Shown here: piece by piece, positions 9,519 through 18,958 of the stretch | Layout: each line of letters begins with the position of its first letter | Numbering within the stretch: the first letter of the stretch is position 1 | NCBI GenBank assembly: GCA_965237905.1 | Contig: OZ250172.1 | Span: forward strand, 1,152,001-1,216,000 | Length of the DNA: 64,000 bases | Direction of reading: 5' to 3' | Source: Nitrospinaceae bacterium | GTDB taxonomy: Bacteria; Nitrospinota; Nitrospinia; Nitrospinales; Nitrospinaceae | Position numbers and translations under genes: made by a program | The notes under the pieces: model-generated | Told to the model about the DNA's origin: nothing | Database searches by the model: none | Seen by the model: only the letters and a program-made list of their open reading frames with translations

Positions 9519-10868
9519 TTAAAAAGGGCTCATGCCGCCCCGGCCTCCCATCAAACTCCCCAGATTAAAACCTCGGGAACCTCCGGAAGACATCTTTTTC
9601 ATCATTTTTTTCATTTGCGAAAACTGCTTCATCAGTTTATTGATTTCGCTGACCGTGGTACCGCTCCCATTGGCGATGCGTTTTTTGCGGCTACCGTTGA
9701 TGACGTTATGATGAGTTCGCTCGTGCGGCGTCATCGAATTGATGATGGCTTCGATACGGACAAATGCGCCGTCGTCCACCTTGATGCCCTTCATCATCTT
9801 ACCCGCGCCGGGCACCATGCTCAACAGGTCCTGGATCGACCCCATCTTGCGAATCTGCTGAAGCTGATCGCGAAAATCTTCCAAATCAAACGCGTTCTTC
9901 TTTAATTTCTTTTCGAGCTCTTCCTGCTGTTCAACCTCGTAAGCGCCCTGGGCCTTGTCGACCAGGGTCATCACGTCGCCCATTCCGAGAATCCGCGACA
10001 CAATGCGGTCGGGATGAAATGGCTCCAACGCATCCAGCTTCTCGCCGGTCCCGATGTACTTGATGGGCTGGCCGGTAACGGACTTGATCGACAATGCCGC
10101 GCCACCGCGCGCATCGCCGTCCATCTTCGTCAACACCACACCGTCGATGCCCACCGCGTCGTGAAACGCCTTCGACACGTTCACCGCTTCCTGACCCATC
10201 ATGGAATCGGCAACAAACAGCACTTCGTGCGGCTCGATCTTTTTCTTGATGGCCTTGATCTCGTCCATCAGCGCATCGTCGATGTGCTGACGACCCGCGG
10301 TATCGAGAATCACCGCCGTGCGCATTTCATCGCGGGCCTGCTTCACCGCTTTGACGCAGATGCTGACCGGATCTTTATTATCTCCGGCCTGGTAGACGTC
10401 AATCTCCAGATCGCGTCCCAATACGTTCAATTGTTCGATCGCCGCCGGACGGTACACGTCGGCTGGCACCAAAAGACAGTTCTTGCCATCCTTCTTGAAT
10501 TTTTTGGCCAGCTTGCCGACAGTCGTGGTCTTACCGGACCCCTGCAGACCGACCATCAAAATGATGGTGGGCGGCTGATCGGAAAACTGAATTTCGCTGA
10601 CCTCGCCTCCCAGCAATTGCTCCAGCTCGTCGTTGACGATCTTGACCATCTGGTGGCCGGGCGTCAGGCTCTTTAATACTTCATGGCCGATGGACTTCTC
10701 CCGCACCCCGGCGAGAAAATCCTTGATGACGGGCAAACTGACGTCCGCTTCGATCAAAGCCACGCGGATTTCCCGCAGAGCTTCATCGACATCCGCTTCC
10801 TTGAGCTTGCCGCGACCCTTTAATTTTTTGTAGATCGCCTCAAGGCGATTGGATAAATTGTCGAACAT
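9519..10868 (-). CDS. ffh: Signal recognition particle protein Ffh
   Basis: GLQGSGKTT, DTAGR, TKMDGDARGG and a Met-rich M domain. Confidence 0.98.
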   Translation of the reverse strand: MFDNLSNRLEAIYKKLKGRGKLKEADVDEALREIRVALIEADVSLPVIKDFLAGVREKSIGHEVLKSLTPGHQMVKIVNDELEQLLGGEVSEIQFSDQPPTIILMVGLQGSGKTTTVGKLAKKFKKDGKNCLLVPADVYRPAAIEQLNVLGRDLEIDVYQAGDNKDPVSICVKAVKQARDEMRTAVILDTAGRQHIDDALMDEIKAIKKKIEPHEVLFVADSMMGQEAVNVSKAFHDAVGIDGVVLTKMDGDARGGAALSIKSVTGQPIKYIGTGEKLDALEPFHPDRIVSRILGMGDVMTLVDKAQGAYEVEQQEELEKKLKKNAFDLEDFRDQLQQIRKMGSIQDLLSMVPGAGKMMKGIKVDDGAFVRIEAIINSMTPHERTHHNVINGSRKKRIANGSGTTVSEINKLMKQFSQMKKMMKKMSSGGSRGFNLGSLMGGRGGMSPF

Positions 10869-10961
10869 ATGTCAGGAAAACCCTGATTTTGCAAATTTTA
10901 GGGTATTGTAAGCAGGGTAGTATATAATAGCAATCTCTAACTTCCAAGGGATATTAACTGT

Positions 10962-11654
10962 ATGAAAAAAAAGGCTGTTGTGCTTCTGAGCGGGGGGTTG
11001 GACTCGACCACCGTGCTGGCAATCGCCCTGGATCAGGGGTATGAGCCGATAACTCTCTGTTTTGATTATGGCCAGAGGCACCGAATAGAGAGGGAGAAGT
11101 CCCGCGTCCTCTCCCAAAAAATGGGGGCTCTGGATCACAAAGAGGTCACAATCGACCTGCGCCAATTTGGCGGATCGGCCCTGACGGATGATATTGACGT
11201 GCCCAAGGGGCGCAGCGAAGGGGAAATAGCCGGGGGAATTCCCATCACCTACGTCCCGGCGCGGAACACCATTTTCCTGTCATTCTGCCTGGCGGCAGCG
11301 GAAGTCGCCGGAGCGGAGGATATTTTCATCGGCGTCACCATCATCGACTACCCCGGCTACCCCGACTGCCGCCCGGAATATATTCAGGCCTTCGAGCAGA
11401 TGGCGAATCTGGCGACCAAAGCCGGAGTGGAAGGCACCTCGAAATTCAAAATCCATACACCCTTGATACACCTCACCAAAGGCCAGATCATCAAGAAGGG
11501 CCTGGAGCTGGGAGTGGATTATTCCCTCACCCATTCCTGTTATCATCCCGATGCCAAGGGCACCCCCTGCGGCCAATGCGACAGTTGTTTATTACGAAAG
11601 AAAGGTTTCCAGGAAGCGGGAGTGGAAGATCCGGTGGAAAATCCTACGGGATAA
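10962..11654 (+). CDS. queC: 7-cyano-7-deazaguanine synthase
   Basis: SGGLDS, TYVPARN, YPDCR, CY...CGQCDSC. Confidence 0.97.
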   Translation: MKKKAVVLLSGGLDSTTVLAIALDQGYEPITLCFDYGQRHRIEREKSRVLSQKMGALDHKEVTIDLRQFGGSALTDDIDVPKGRSEGEIAGGIPITYVPARNTIFLSFCLAAAEVAGAEDIFIGVTIIDYPGYPDCRPEYIQAFEQMANLATKAGVEGTSKFKIHTPLIHLTKGQIIKKGLELGVDYSLTHSCYHPDAKGTPCGQCDSCLLRKKGFQEAGVEDPVENPTG

Positions 11655-11729
11655 GTTCTTTGAGTGACTCAAAAATAGTTCACCAACGTATTCGTCCCTA
11701 TCTCTTTGCGGAAAAAAATTTTCCTGTTT

Positions 11730-12041
11730 TCAGGCACCCTGCGCGCGCCATTTCCATAGGGGTGTAAGAGTTTCCCGCACTTCCTTTAATATTTTTTTCC
11801 CTGAACCGGTCAATTTGTAATAGCGCCTGCGGTTGCCGCCGCGTTCGGCGGTGGTTTCGCCCCAGTGACTTTTCAGATAACCCTTTTTCTCCAGACGGTG
11901 CAACGTGGTATACAAGCCTCCAAGCGATATCGATTTCCCGGTATCCTTCTTGATGGAAGCGATTATTTTGAGACCGTATTTTTCACCAAAAGCAAGCGCA
12001 GTCATAATTCTAGTCTCATTAAGGCTTAAGTTTCCTTCCAT
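11730..12041 (-). CDS. PadR-family transcriptional regulator
   Basis: YGLKI, GGLYTTLHRLEKKGY, GNRRRYYKLTGSG winged helix. ATG at 12041. Confidence 0.88.
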   Translation of the reverse strand: MEGNLSLNETRIMTALAFGEKYGLKIIASIKKDTGKSISLGGLYTTLHRLEKKGYLKSHWGETTAERGGNRRRYYKLTGSGKKILKEVRETLTPLWKWRAQGA

Positions 12042-12125
12042 CCCTATTCTCCCAATAAGTGTTTCAATTCTCAATTTGTAAGATATATCAATTTGTAAGT
12101 TTTATCAAATCCTATTTTTATATTC

Positions 12126-12246
12126 CCCTTCGACAAGCTCAAGGTGACATTGGCAGAATGTCGCGGGTAAGCCCTTCTTCTTTTCAAGGAGGGCCTAAGG
12201 GTGATTGATATCAACCCCTCCCAGCCTCCCCTTATAAAGGGGAGGC
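12126..12246. repeat. Cluster of REP-like palindromic units
   Basis: CCCTTCGACAAGCTCAAGGTGACA at 12126-12149. Perfect 10-bp hairpin GCCTCCCCTT-ATA-AAGGGGAGGC at 12224-12246. Confidence 0.6.
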
Positions 12247-12284
12247 GCCCGGGCACAAGGCCCGGAACAGAATTGGGTCCAGCG

Positions 12285-13007
12285 TCACGCTGGCTGGCTG
12301 GAACGCCCTTTGCTGGAGCCGCCGTCGACGAACAGGATTGCGCCGTTGACGAAGGGGCTGGCGATTAAATAATCGAGGGCGCGGGTGAGGTCGGCCACAT
12401 CCCCATGGGTTTTCATCGGCACGTTCTTTTTGTTGCGGTCGAGGTATTCCTGTCCATGCCCGGCAGGCGGCAGGATCAATCCCGGTGCGATGGCGTTGAC
12501 GCGCACCGTCTCGCCCCACTCCACTGCCGCCAGTTTGGTGACATGTTCCAGCGCCACCTTGCTCACCGAGTAGGCGGCGAAGGTCGGGATGTTTTTGGTG
12601 ATGCGTTCGTCGAGGATGTTGACGATCATCCCCTGCCCCACTTGTTTCTTGTATTCGCGCATGAGGAGATAGGGCGACATCAGGTTCAGCGCCATCGTGT
12701 CAACGAGGGTTTGGGTCGAGGTGCGCTCGACGTTTTCCTGGATGAAGTTGGCGGCGCAGTTGATGAGCAGTATGACGTCACTGAAATCGGCCCGCACCTG
12801 TCCGATCAGTCCCTCGGCAAAATCCGTATTCGAGAGGTCGCCGGGATAGGTCTTGCACGTCACCCCCGCTTTTTGGGCGTGGGCGAGGACATCCGCCGGG
12901 TCCGACGCGTTATGATGCACGGCGAGGTGCCATCCCTGATCCGCCAGATGGCAGGCCAGGGCTTTGCCGATACGCACCGCACCGCCTGTGATAATCGCTG
13001 TGGGCAT
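12285..13007 (-). CDS. Short-chain dehydrogenase, pteridine reductase (FolM/PTR1)-like
   Basis: TGGAVRIG, YSVSK (YxxxK), IVNILD, VNAIAPGLIL, VDGG. Confidence 0.85.
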   Translation of the reverse strand: MPTAIITGGAVRIGKALACHLADQGWHLAVHHNASDPADVLAHAQKAGVTCKTYPGDLSNTDFAEGLIGQVRADFSDVILLINCAANFIQENVERTSTQTLVDTMALNLMSPYLLMREYKKQVGQGMIVNILDERITKNIPTFAAYSVSKVALEHVTKLAAVEWGETVRVNAIAPGLILPPAGHGQEYLDRNKKNVPMKTHGDVADLTRALDYLIASPFVNGAILFVDGGSSKGRSSQPA

Positions 13008-13165
13008 GAATTTCTCCGTTCTCTAGTGAGACTTCGGTTATATCATATTCACAAACGACCACAACAGGGACAAAATATTTAGTCAGGATAACAGGATAAA
13101 GCGGCGAACCACCGCTGGTAATTTTTTGTCCCTGTTCCGTGCTCCCTGCTCCTTATTCCGTTCTT

Positions 13166-13186
13166 CATCGGTGTTTATCTGTGGTT
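13166..13186 (-). repeat. AACCACAGAT(A/G)AACACCGAT repeat, copy 1
   Basis: Reverse complement matches 56036-56056 at 19/21 nt. Confidence 0.6.
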
Positions 13187-13253
13187 CATTATTCTTTACT
13201 GAGCCCGGCGGGGTTGATATGATGCGAACGAACCTTTTCATGGAGTGAATTGA

Positions 13254-13772
13254 ATGGACGCAAAGGCAGGCAAAAGCGTTAATATCGCCATCATGACAGT
13301 GTCGGACACGCGCACGGAAGAAGACGACAAATCCGGGAAAACGCTGGTGGACCGTGCCAAGGCGGCGGGTCACAATGTGGTCGATAAAAAAATTGTGAAG
13401 GACGAGGTTCCCATCATTCAATCGACCCTCAAAAAATGGATCGCCGATTCCAAGGTCGACGTCGTTATCGCCACCGGCGGCACCGGGGTCACCGGACGGG
13501 ACGTCACGCCGGAGGCCTTCGAAGGGTTGTATGAAAAATCGATTCCGGGGTTTGGCGAATTGTTCCGGTGGCTGAGTTATCAGAACATCAAGACATCGAC
13601 GATCCAGTCGCGCGCCACCGGCGGTGTGGCCAACGGCACCTTTCTGTTCGCCCTGCCCGGCTCCACCGGCGCGTGCAAGGACGCGTGGGACGGCATTCTC
13701 GTACATCAGCTCAACAACAACAACCCGCCCTGTAACCTGGTGGAGCTGATGCCGCGTCTGCTGGAAAAATAA
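13254..13772 (+). CDS. moaB: Molybdenum cofactor biosynthesis protein B
   Basis: [35 protein letters not shown]. Confidence 0.95.
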   Translation: MDAKAGKSVNIAIMTVSDTRTEEDDKSGKTLVDRAKAAGHNVVDKKIVKDEVPIIQSTLKKWIADSKVDVVIATGGTGVTGRDVTPEAFEGLYEKSIPGFGELFRWLSYQNIKTSTIQSRATGGVANGTFLFALPGSTGACKDAWDGILVHQLNNNNPPCNLVELMPRLLEK

Positions 13773-13774
13773 TC

Positions 13775-13856
13775 GGCCGCTCCGCGCGGGGCGACTCCTA
13801 CCCGGAGGGGGAAATTACTGACGGTAACCAGCAAGCGATGGTCACTGAGCGCAACT
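13775..13856 (+). repeat. Dispersed repeat family copy (GC palindrome plus ~64-bp core)
   Basis: 13775-13794 is the exact reverse complement of 58390-58409. 13793-13813 is identical to the reverse complement of 52472-52492. Confidence 0.75.
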
Positions 13857-13921
13857 CGAAGTCTCCCTCTTAATCAAGGAGAGCTTTACATAACTCAATC
13901 CGGCCCGCGGGCTCTTAAACC

Positions 13922-14851
13922 ATGCAACAATTTGAATACGACATCGATCCCGCCTGCGGTAAGAAACGCCTGGACATTTTCCTGACCGAGGTACAGGCCG
14001 ATATCACCCGGTCCTACATCAAAAAACTGATCGAGACGGAACGTGTCACCGTCAACGGCGCACCCGCGAAAGCCCATTACAAGTTGAAGGAGGGCGACCG
14101 TGTGGAAGTCGAGGTGCCCGACCCGGAACCGTTGGAGGTCAAGCCGGAGCCGATCCCATTAAATATTGTGTATGAGGATGCCAGCCTGATCGTCATCGAC
14201 AAACCGCCCGGCATGGTGGTGCATCCGGCTCCCGGCCATTCCGGCGGCACACTGGTCAATGCGTTACTGCATCACTGCAATGATTTGGCAGGCATCGGCG
14301 GGGTGGAACGGCCGGGTATTGTCCACCGGCTCGACAAGGACACCTCCGGTTTGATCGTTGCCGCCAAAACCGAGACCTGCATGCAATCGCTAACCCGCCG
14401 GTTCAAGGAGCGGGATATCCACAAAGTGTACCTGGCGCTGGCCAAGGGGACCTTCGAATCGAAAACGGGGGTGATCGACATGCCCATCGGACGCCACAAA
14501 ACGCATCGCAAGAAAATGTCCACTCGCGCCCCGGTAGGGAGGGAAGCGCAGACGCGCTATGAAGTGATCCGGCAATTGGACGGCTACGCCTATGTGCAGT
14601 TGTTCCCGAAAACAGGACGGACCCATCAACTCCGGGTGCACTTGGCGTCCATTGACCATCCCATTCTGGGAGATCGCCTGTATGGGGGAACACTGGGGCC
14701 GGGGCTTCCTCAAATTGCGAGGCAGGCTTTGCACGCCCATCGGTTGGAGCTGACTCACCCGGTCACGGGGAACCTTTTACAACTGGAAAGCCCATTGCCA
14801 TCTGATATGGAGGTCCTGCTCCCGCCCTCACCCGATCCAAAAAATCATTGA
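13922..14851 (+). CDS. rluD: 23S rRNA pseudouridine synthase RluD
   Basis: S4 domain (RLD...SR), KPPGMVVHP, HRLDKDTSG, TGRTHQLRVH. Confidence 0.93.
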   Translation: MQQFEYDIDPACGKKRLDIFLTEVQADITRSYIKKLIETERVTVNGAPAKAHYKLKEGDRVEVEVPDPEPLEVKPEPIPLNIVYEDASLIVIDKPPGMVVHPAPGHSGGTLVNALLHHCNDLAGIGGVERPGIVHRLDKDTSGLIVAAKTETCMQSLTRRFKERDIHKVYLALAKGTFESKTGVIDMPIGRHKTHRKKMSTRAPVGREAQTRYEVIRQLDGYAYVQLFPKTGRTHQLRVHLASIDHPILGDRLYGGTLGPGLPQIARQALHAHRLELTHPVTGNLLQLESPLPSDMEVLLPPSPDPKNH

Positions 14852-14917
14852 AAATCGCCAAATTAAAATGAGTAAGGCATAAGGAGAGTAGAATTGGCGC
14901 GGGGAAAATACCCAGCG

Positions 14918-15522
14918 TTCTCCCCAACTCCTGTGGAAAAAATGTGAGAAAAATCATACTTGAGAGAGCCCAGCGATATACCATTTTTAGACTGAATTAG
15001 AGGCGCAGCAGAAGACTCTTAATAAATTATAATGAAAACAACTATTTATAAATGTCTCTCTTCTCTTGAAACAAAAATTTCCGAACCCTTCCATTTTTCA
15101 AAGTTTTCCACAGTTGCACTGGCGTTTTTTTTGATCGCAATATCTTTGCGGAAAAAAAGGTTAAAATTGATAACAAAATTTTGACGATTAATTTTCATCA
15201 CTTTTTTAGTCGTCTTATTGAGTCCAAGATAACTTTGAAAATGTAACTTCTGCATGCTCACTGTTTAAGGGCCAAACCAGGGATCAAAATTTTGACATGT
15301 GGGGAACCCTTACTGGGAAAAGGTACGCCACTCAAGCAAAAATCACAATGCCTGAACCGCTCTAAAGTAGGGAAGGTCTGGGACTTAGCATTGATTTCAC
15401 ACTTGGGTTTCAGGCAATCAGATTGAAAACCTCGCGGCAAGGCCTGGTGAGTGACGACCTTAAGAAACCTTTGAAAATTAATTCATTACTTTTCACAAGT
15501 TTTGTGCAAAAACTGTGAGTAA
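14918..15522. promoter_or_regulatory. DnaA-box cluster; candidate oriC or DnaA-binding locus
   Basis: Perfect TTWTNCACA matches at 14932-14940(-), 15104-15112(+) and 15503-15511(-). One-mismatch boxes at 14943, 15147, 15489 and 15514. AT-rich tract at 15019-15053. Confidence 0.6.
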
Positions 15523-15667
15523 CTTCGAAAGAAGCTCTTCAAATGCTTACAAAATAAAGTCACCGCGTTTAACGATTAGATTTTATGCAAATCTATAAAG
15601 CCTTGTTAAATTGGAACAACCGTATTGAAGAGTTCATCGGGAACCTGTGGTACCATAACTAGCTGAT

Positions 15668-16768
15668 ATGTTGGATCGAAGACTATTTACGCATTTCAAT
15701 TGGTGGTATTTCCTGTTGATCCTATCTCTGGCGGTGATCGGTGTCGTCACTATCTATAGCGCCAATCACGCCCGACCGGAGGAATTTTACCGGAACCTCT
15801 ACATCAAGCAGATTTATTGGATCCTGGGCGGGTTGGGGGCGATGCTCTTCGCCATTTTTTTGGATTACCGGGTTCTCAGCCGCTATGCTTATCCCATTTT
15901 TCTCATCACTGTCTTGTCCTTGATTTACGTCCTGATTTTCGGAACCGTCAGTTCCGGTGCCCGTCGGTGGATTCATTTGGGTCCCTGGTCCCTGCAAGTC
16001 TCCGAATTTGCCAAGGTCGCCCTCATTCTAGTATTGGCCAAGTATTTTGAACCCGGTAAGGCGGGCGGGCAGTATGACCTGCGAGACCTCATCATCCCTG
16101 CCCTGCTGACCGGTCTTCTCGGCGGGTTGATTTACATGCAACCGGACCTGGGTACCGCGTTGATCGTTATATTTATTTTTTTTATTTTTGTGGTCTCTAT
16201 CGAACTGAATCCAAAAACTCTTTGGAGATTGATCGGGACCGGAGTCATTCTAGCCCCCTTCGGTTGGTTTTTGCTCAAAGGCTATCAGAAAACCCGGATA
16301 CTGACCGTTTTCAATCCCGAACTGGATCCCCTGAGAACCGGGTACCATACCATTCAATCCAAAATTGCCGTTGGCTCCGGCGGGTTCTGGGGAAAAGGCC
16401 TGATGGCGGGAACCCAAAGCCGGCTTAATTTTCTGCCCGAAAAGCATACTGATTTTATTTTTTCGGTGTTTGCGGAGGAACTGGGATTTATCGGTGTGTT
16501 CGTTCTATTTACCTTGTATCTGATTCTGATTCTAAAGGGATTAAATATCTCTTTCCGGGCGGCGGACCGGTTCGGCCTGTTGGTATCTTTGGGCATCGTA
16601 GCCTCCATGAGCTTTTACATTATTTTCAATATTGGAATGACCGTTGGAATCTTTCCAGTGACGGGGCTTCCCCTGCCCCTCCTCAGTTATGGAGGATCGT
16701 CTCTGATCACCAATTTTTTCGCCTTGGGATTGCTTATGAATATTGAGATGCGGCGCGCCATTCACTAA
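15668..16768 (+). CDS. rodA: Rod shape-determining protein RodA
   Basis: GARRW, QVSEFAK, QPDLGT, YQKTR, LPEKHTDFIF, LPLLSYGGSS. Confidence 0.96.
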   Translation: MLDRRLFTHFNWWYFLLILSLAVIGVVTIYSANHARPEEFYRNLYIKQIYWILGGLGAMLFAIFLDYRVLSRYAYPIFLITVLSLIYVLIFGTVSSGARRWIHLGPWSLQVSEFAKVALILVLAKYFEPGKAGGQYDLRDLIIPALLTGLLGGLIYMQPDLGTALIVIFIFFIFVVSIELNPKTLWRLIGTGVILAPFGWFLLKGYQKTRILTVFNPELDPLRTGYHTIQSKIAVGSGGFWGKGLMAGTQSRLNFLPEKHTDFIFSVFAEELGFIGVFVLFTLYLILILKGLNISFRAADRFGLLVSLGIVASMSFYIIFNIGMTVGIFPVTGLPLPLLSYGGSSLITNFFALGLLMNIEMRRAIH

Positions 16769-16892
16769 CCCATAAAAGGTAGCCCCTATTTCAGGCTTGT
16801 TTTCTATTTTTGATCCGGAAAATCCCCAGCCGTGCTATAATCGGCCCATCCATATAAGCAAAACAATTTAATTTTCAGCATCTTAAGAACCT

Positions 16893-18434
16893 ATGGCTTC
16901 TGAAATCATAATCAATTCCAATCCTCGAGAAATCCGGGTCGCTCTGGTTGAAAATAATCAGTTGGCGGAGATTTTTATTGAGCACAAGGCCAAGAAAGGG
17001 ATCGTCGGGAACATTTACAAGGGCATCGTGACCAAGGTCCTGCCGGGAATGCAGGTATCGTTTGTCGATATTGGCCTTGAAAAAGCCGGGTTTTTGTATG
17101 TCGGCGATATCGACGTCATCGACCTGATGGAACTTGAAAACGATGAAGAGGATTCGGAAGAAATAAAGCTGGGGAAAGAGAAGGACAAGGCTTCTCAGGA
17201 GGAAGGCAAACCTTCGCACATGATAGGCCGAGGCATTCCCATTCAGGATCTGCTCAAAGAAGGCCAGGAAATCGTGGTCCAGGTCGCCAAAAACCCACTG
17301 GGGACGAAGGGAGCCCGGATCACCTCCTTCATCACCCTGGCGGGCCGCCACATTGTTTATATGCCGACTGTCAACCAAGTCAGCGTTTCACGCCGTATCG
17401 AGGACGAGGCAGAGAAAAACCGCCTGAGAAATCTAGTCGCCGAAATCGGGCGGCCCGATGAGGGCTATATTATCCGCACGGCAGGCTTAGGCCGCAATAA
17501 AGACGATTTTCTGCCCGACGTCAATTTCCTTCATAAATTATGGGATAACCTGCAGGGGCGGTTCGACAACCAACCGGGGCCCTGCTTGCTGTATGAAGAC
17601 CTGAACCTGATTTCCCGGTCGATCCGCGATCTGTTCAACGAAGATGTCGAGCGGCTGGTAATCGACTCCAAGGTGGATTATGAAAAATGCGTCGAATTCT
17701 GTTCCAGCTATCTCCCGCACCTGGTGGACAAAATCGAACTTTATAAAGAACCCGTACCCATTTACGATTACTACGGCATCGAGATCGAAATCAACCGGGC
17801 TCTGGGCCGCAAAGTCTGGCTCAAATCCGGCGGCTTCATCACCATCGACCAAACCGAAGCACTGGTCGCCATCGACGTTAACACCGGAAAATTCGTCGGG
17901 CATACCGATCCCGAAGAAACCATCCTTAAAACAAACCTCGAAGCGGTCAAGGAAATCGTTTACCAGTTACGACTGAGAAACATCGGGGGCATCATCATTG
18001 TTGATTTTATCGACATGGCCAAAGAAGAGAGCAAGGAAATCGTCTGGAACTCTCTGACCCAGGAGTTGAAGTTCGACCGCTCCCGAACCAATATCCTGAA
18101 AATTTCGGAACTGGGTCTTGTCGAAATGACCCGCAAGCGGGTGCGCGGCAGTCTGAGCCAGATCCTGTGCGACCCCTGCCCCTACTGTGAGGGCAAAGGC
18201 CATATCAAATCTCCCACCACGGTGTGTTACGAAATTATCAGGGCTCTGCAAAGACTGGTCACCAAAAACCTGACCCATAAAAATATCACCATCGAAGTGC
18301 CACCGCCGGTGTATGACCTTCTTTTTGAAGAGGAAACCTCTTACCTGGATGATATCGAAAGATCCTACAATATTGAGGTCAACGTCAAGGTCAACCCCAA
18401 ACTGCACCAGGAAAAATACACGATTACCACTTGA
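16893..18434 (+). CDS. rng: Ribonuclease G (Rne/Rng family)
   Basis: VGNIYKG S1 domain, IDVNTG, LRNIGGIIIVDFIDM, CPYCEG. No RNase E C-terminal extension. Confidence 0.93.
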   Translation: MASEIIINSNPREIRVALVENNQLAEIFIEHKAKKGIVGNIYKGIVTKVLPGMQVSFVDIGLEKAGFLYVGDIDVIDLMELENDEEDSEEIKLGKEKDKASQEEGKPSHMIGRGIPIQDLLKEGQEIVVQVAKNPLGTKGARITSFITLAGRHIVYMPTVNQVSVSRRIEDEAEKNRLRNLVAEIGRPDEGYIIRTAGLGRNKDDFLPDVNFLHKLWDNLQGRFDNQPGPCLLYEDLNLISRSIRDLFNEDVERLVIDSKVDYEKCVEFCSSYLPHLVDKIELYKEPVPIYDYYGIEIEINRALGRKVWLKSGGFITIDQTEALVAIDVNTGKFVGHTDPEETILKTNLEAVKEIVYQLRLRNIGGIIIVDFIDMAKEESKEIVWNSLTQELKFDRSRTNILKISELGLVEMTRKRVRGSLSQILCDPCPYCEGKGHIKSPTTVCYEIIRALQRLVTKNLTHKNITIEVPPPVYDLLFEEETSYLDDIERSYNIEVNVKVNPKLHQEKYTITT

Positions 18435-18621
18435 TTCCCGCCGAAAAAATCATTCCCTCCGGACAACTTGAGGTTTGGAGTTGGCCGCTCCCGTGATAGA
18501 ATCCGGTTATTCAAGTATTTCAAATACCGTTGAAGAGTTCGCGTTTTCATGTTTCTGCTTAATTTCATTGCCTGTCCTTTATCGGACGGGGCATCCGGTT
18601 AAACACTAGGAGATTATAACC

Positions 18622-18936
18622 ATGAGACCATTACTGATCCTCGGAGCATTGTTTCTTTGTTTTTCCCTGACCCTTGGGTGTGGAACCGTCGGTAAGGATT
18701 TTGATATGGAGCAGGCCCAGACCATTCAAAACGGCAAAACCACCCGGGAAGACATTGCCCTCATGTTTGGGGAGCCGTTCAAAGTCGGTGTCCAGAACAG
18801 CCATCCCATTTGGGTTTATGAACAAAACAAGTACCGGGCTATAGGAGATGATACCTCCAAAAGCCTGATCGTGGAGTTCGATGACAAAGGTGTGGTGCGA
18901 AATCATTCGATCATGTCAAATGAACCTGCTCTTTAA
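18622..18936 (+). CDS. SmpA/BamE-like small lipoprotein
   Basis: Lipobox TLGC; GKTTREDIALMFGEP, WVY, LIVEFDDKGVV. Confidence 0.75.
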   Translation: MRPLLILGALFLCFSLTLGCGTVGKDFDMEQAQTIQNGKTTREDIALMFGEPFKVGVQNSHPIWVYEQNKYRAIGDDTSKSLIVEFDDKGVVRNHSIMSNEPAL

Positions 18937-18958
18937 GCGCACCGAAATTTATTTATAG

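Noticed and set aside
12205..12214. FNR box (TTGATATCAA)
   Set aside because: It lacks the 4-nt spacer of TTGAT-N4-ATCAA and lies within a REP cluster.
14763..15440. Short ORFs in the rluD-rodA intergenic region
   Set aside because: No family motifs or convincing RBS. The region is better explained as non-coding DnaA-box DNA.
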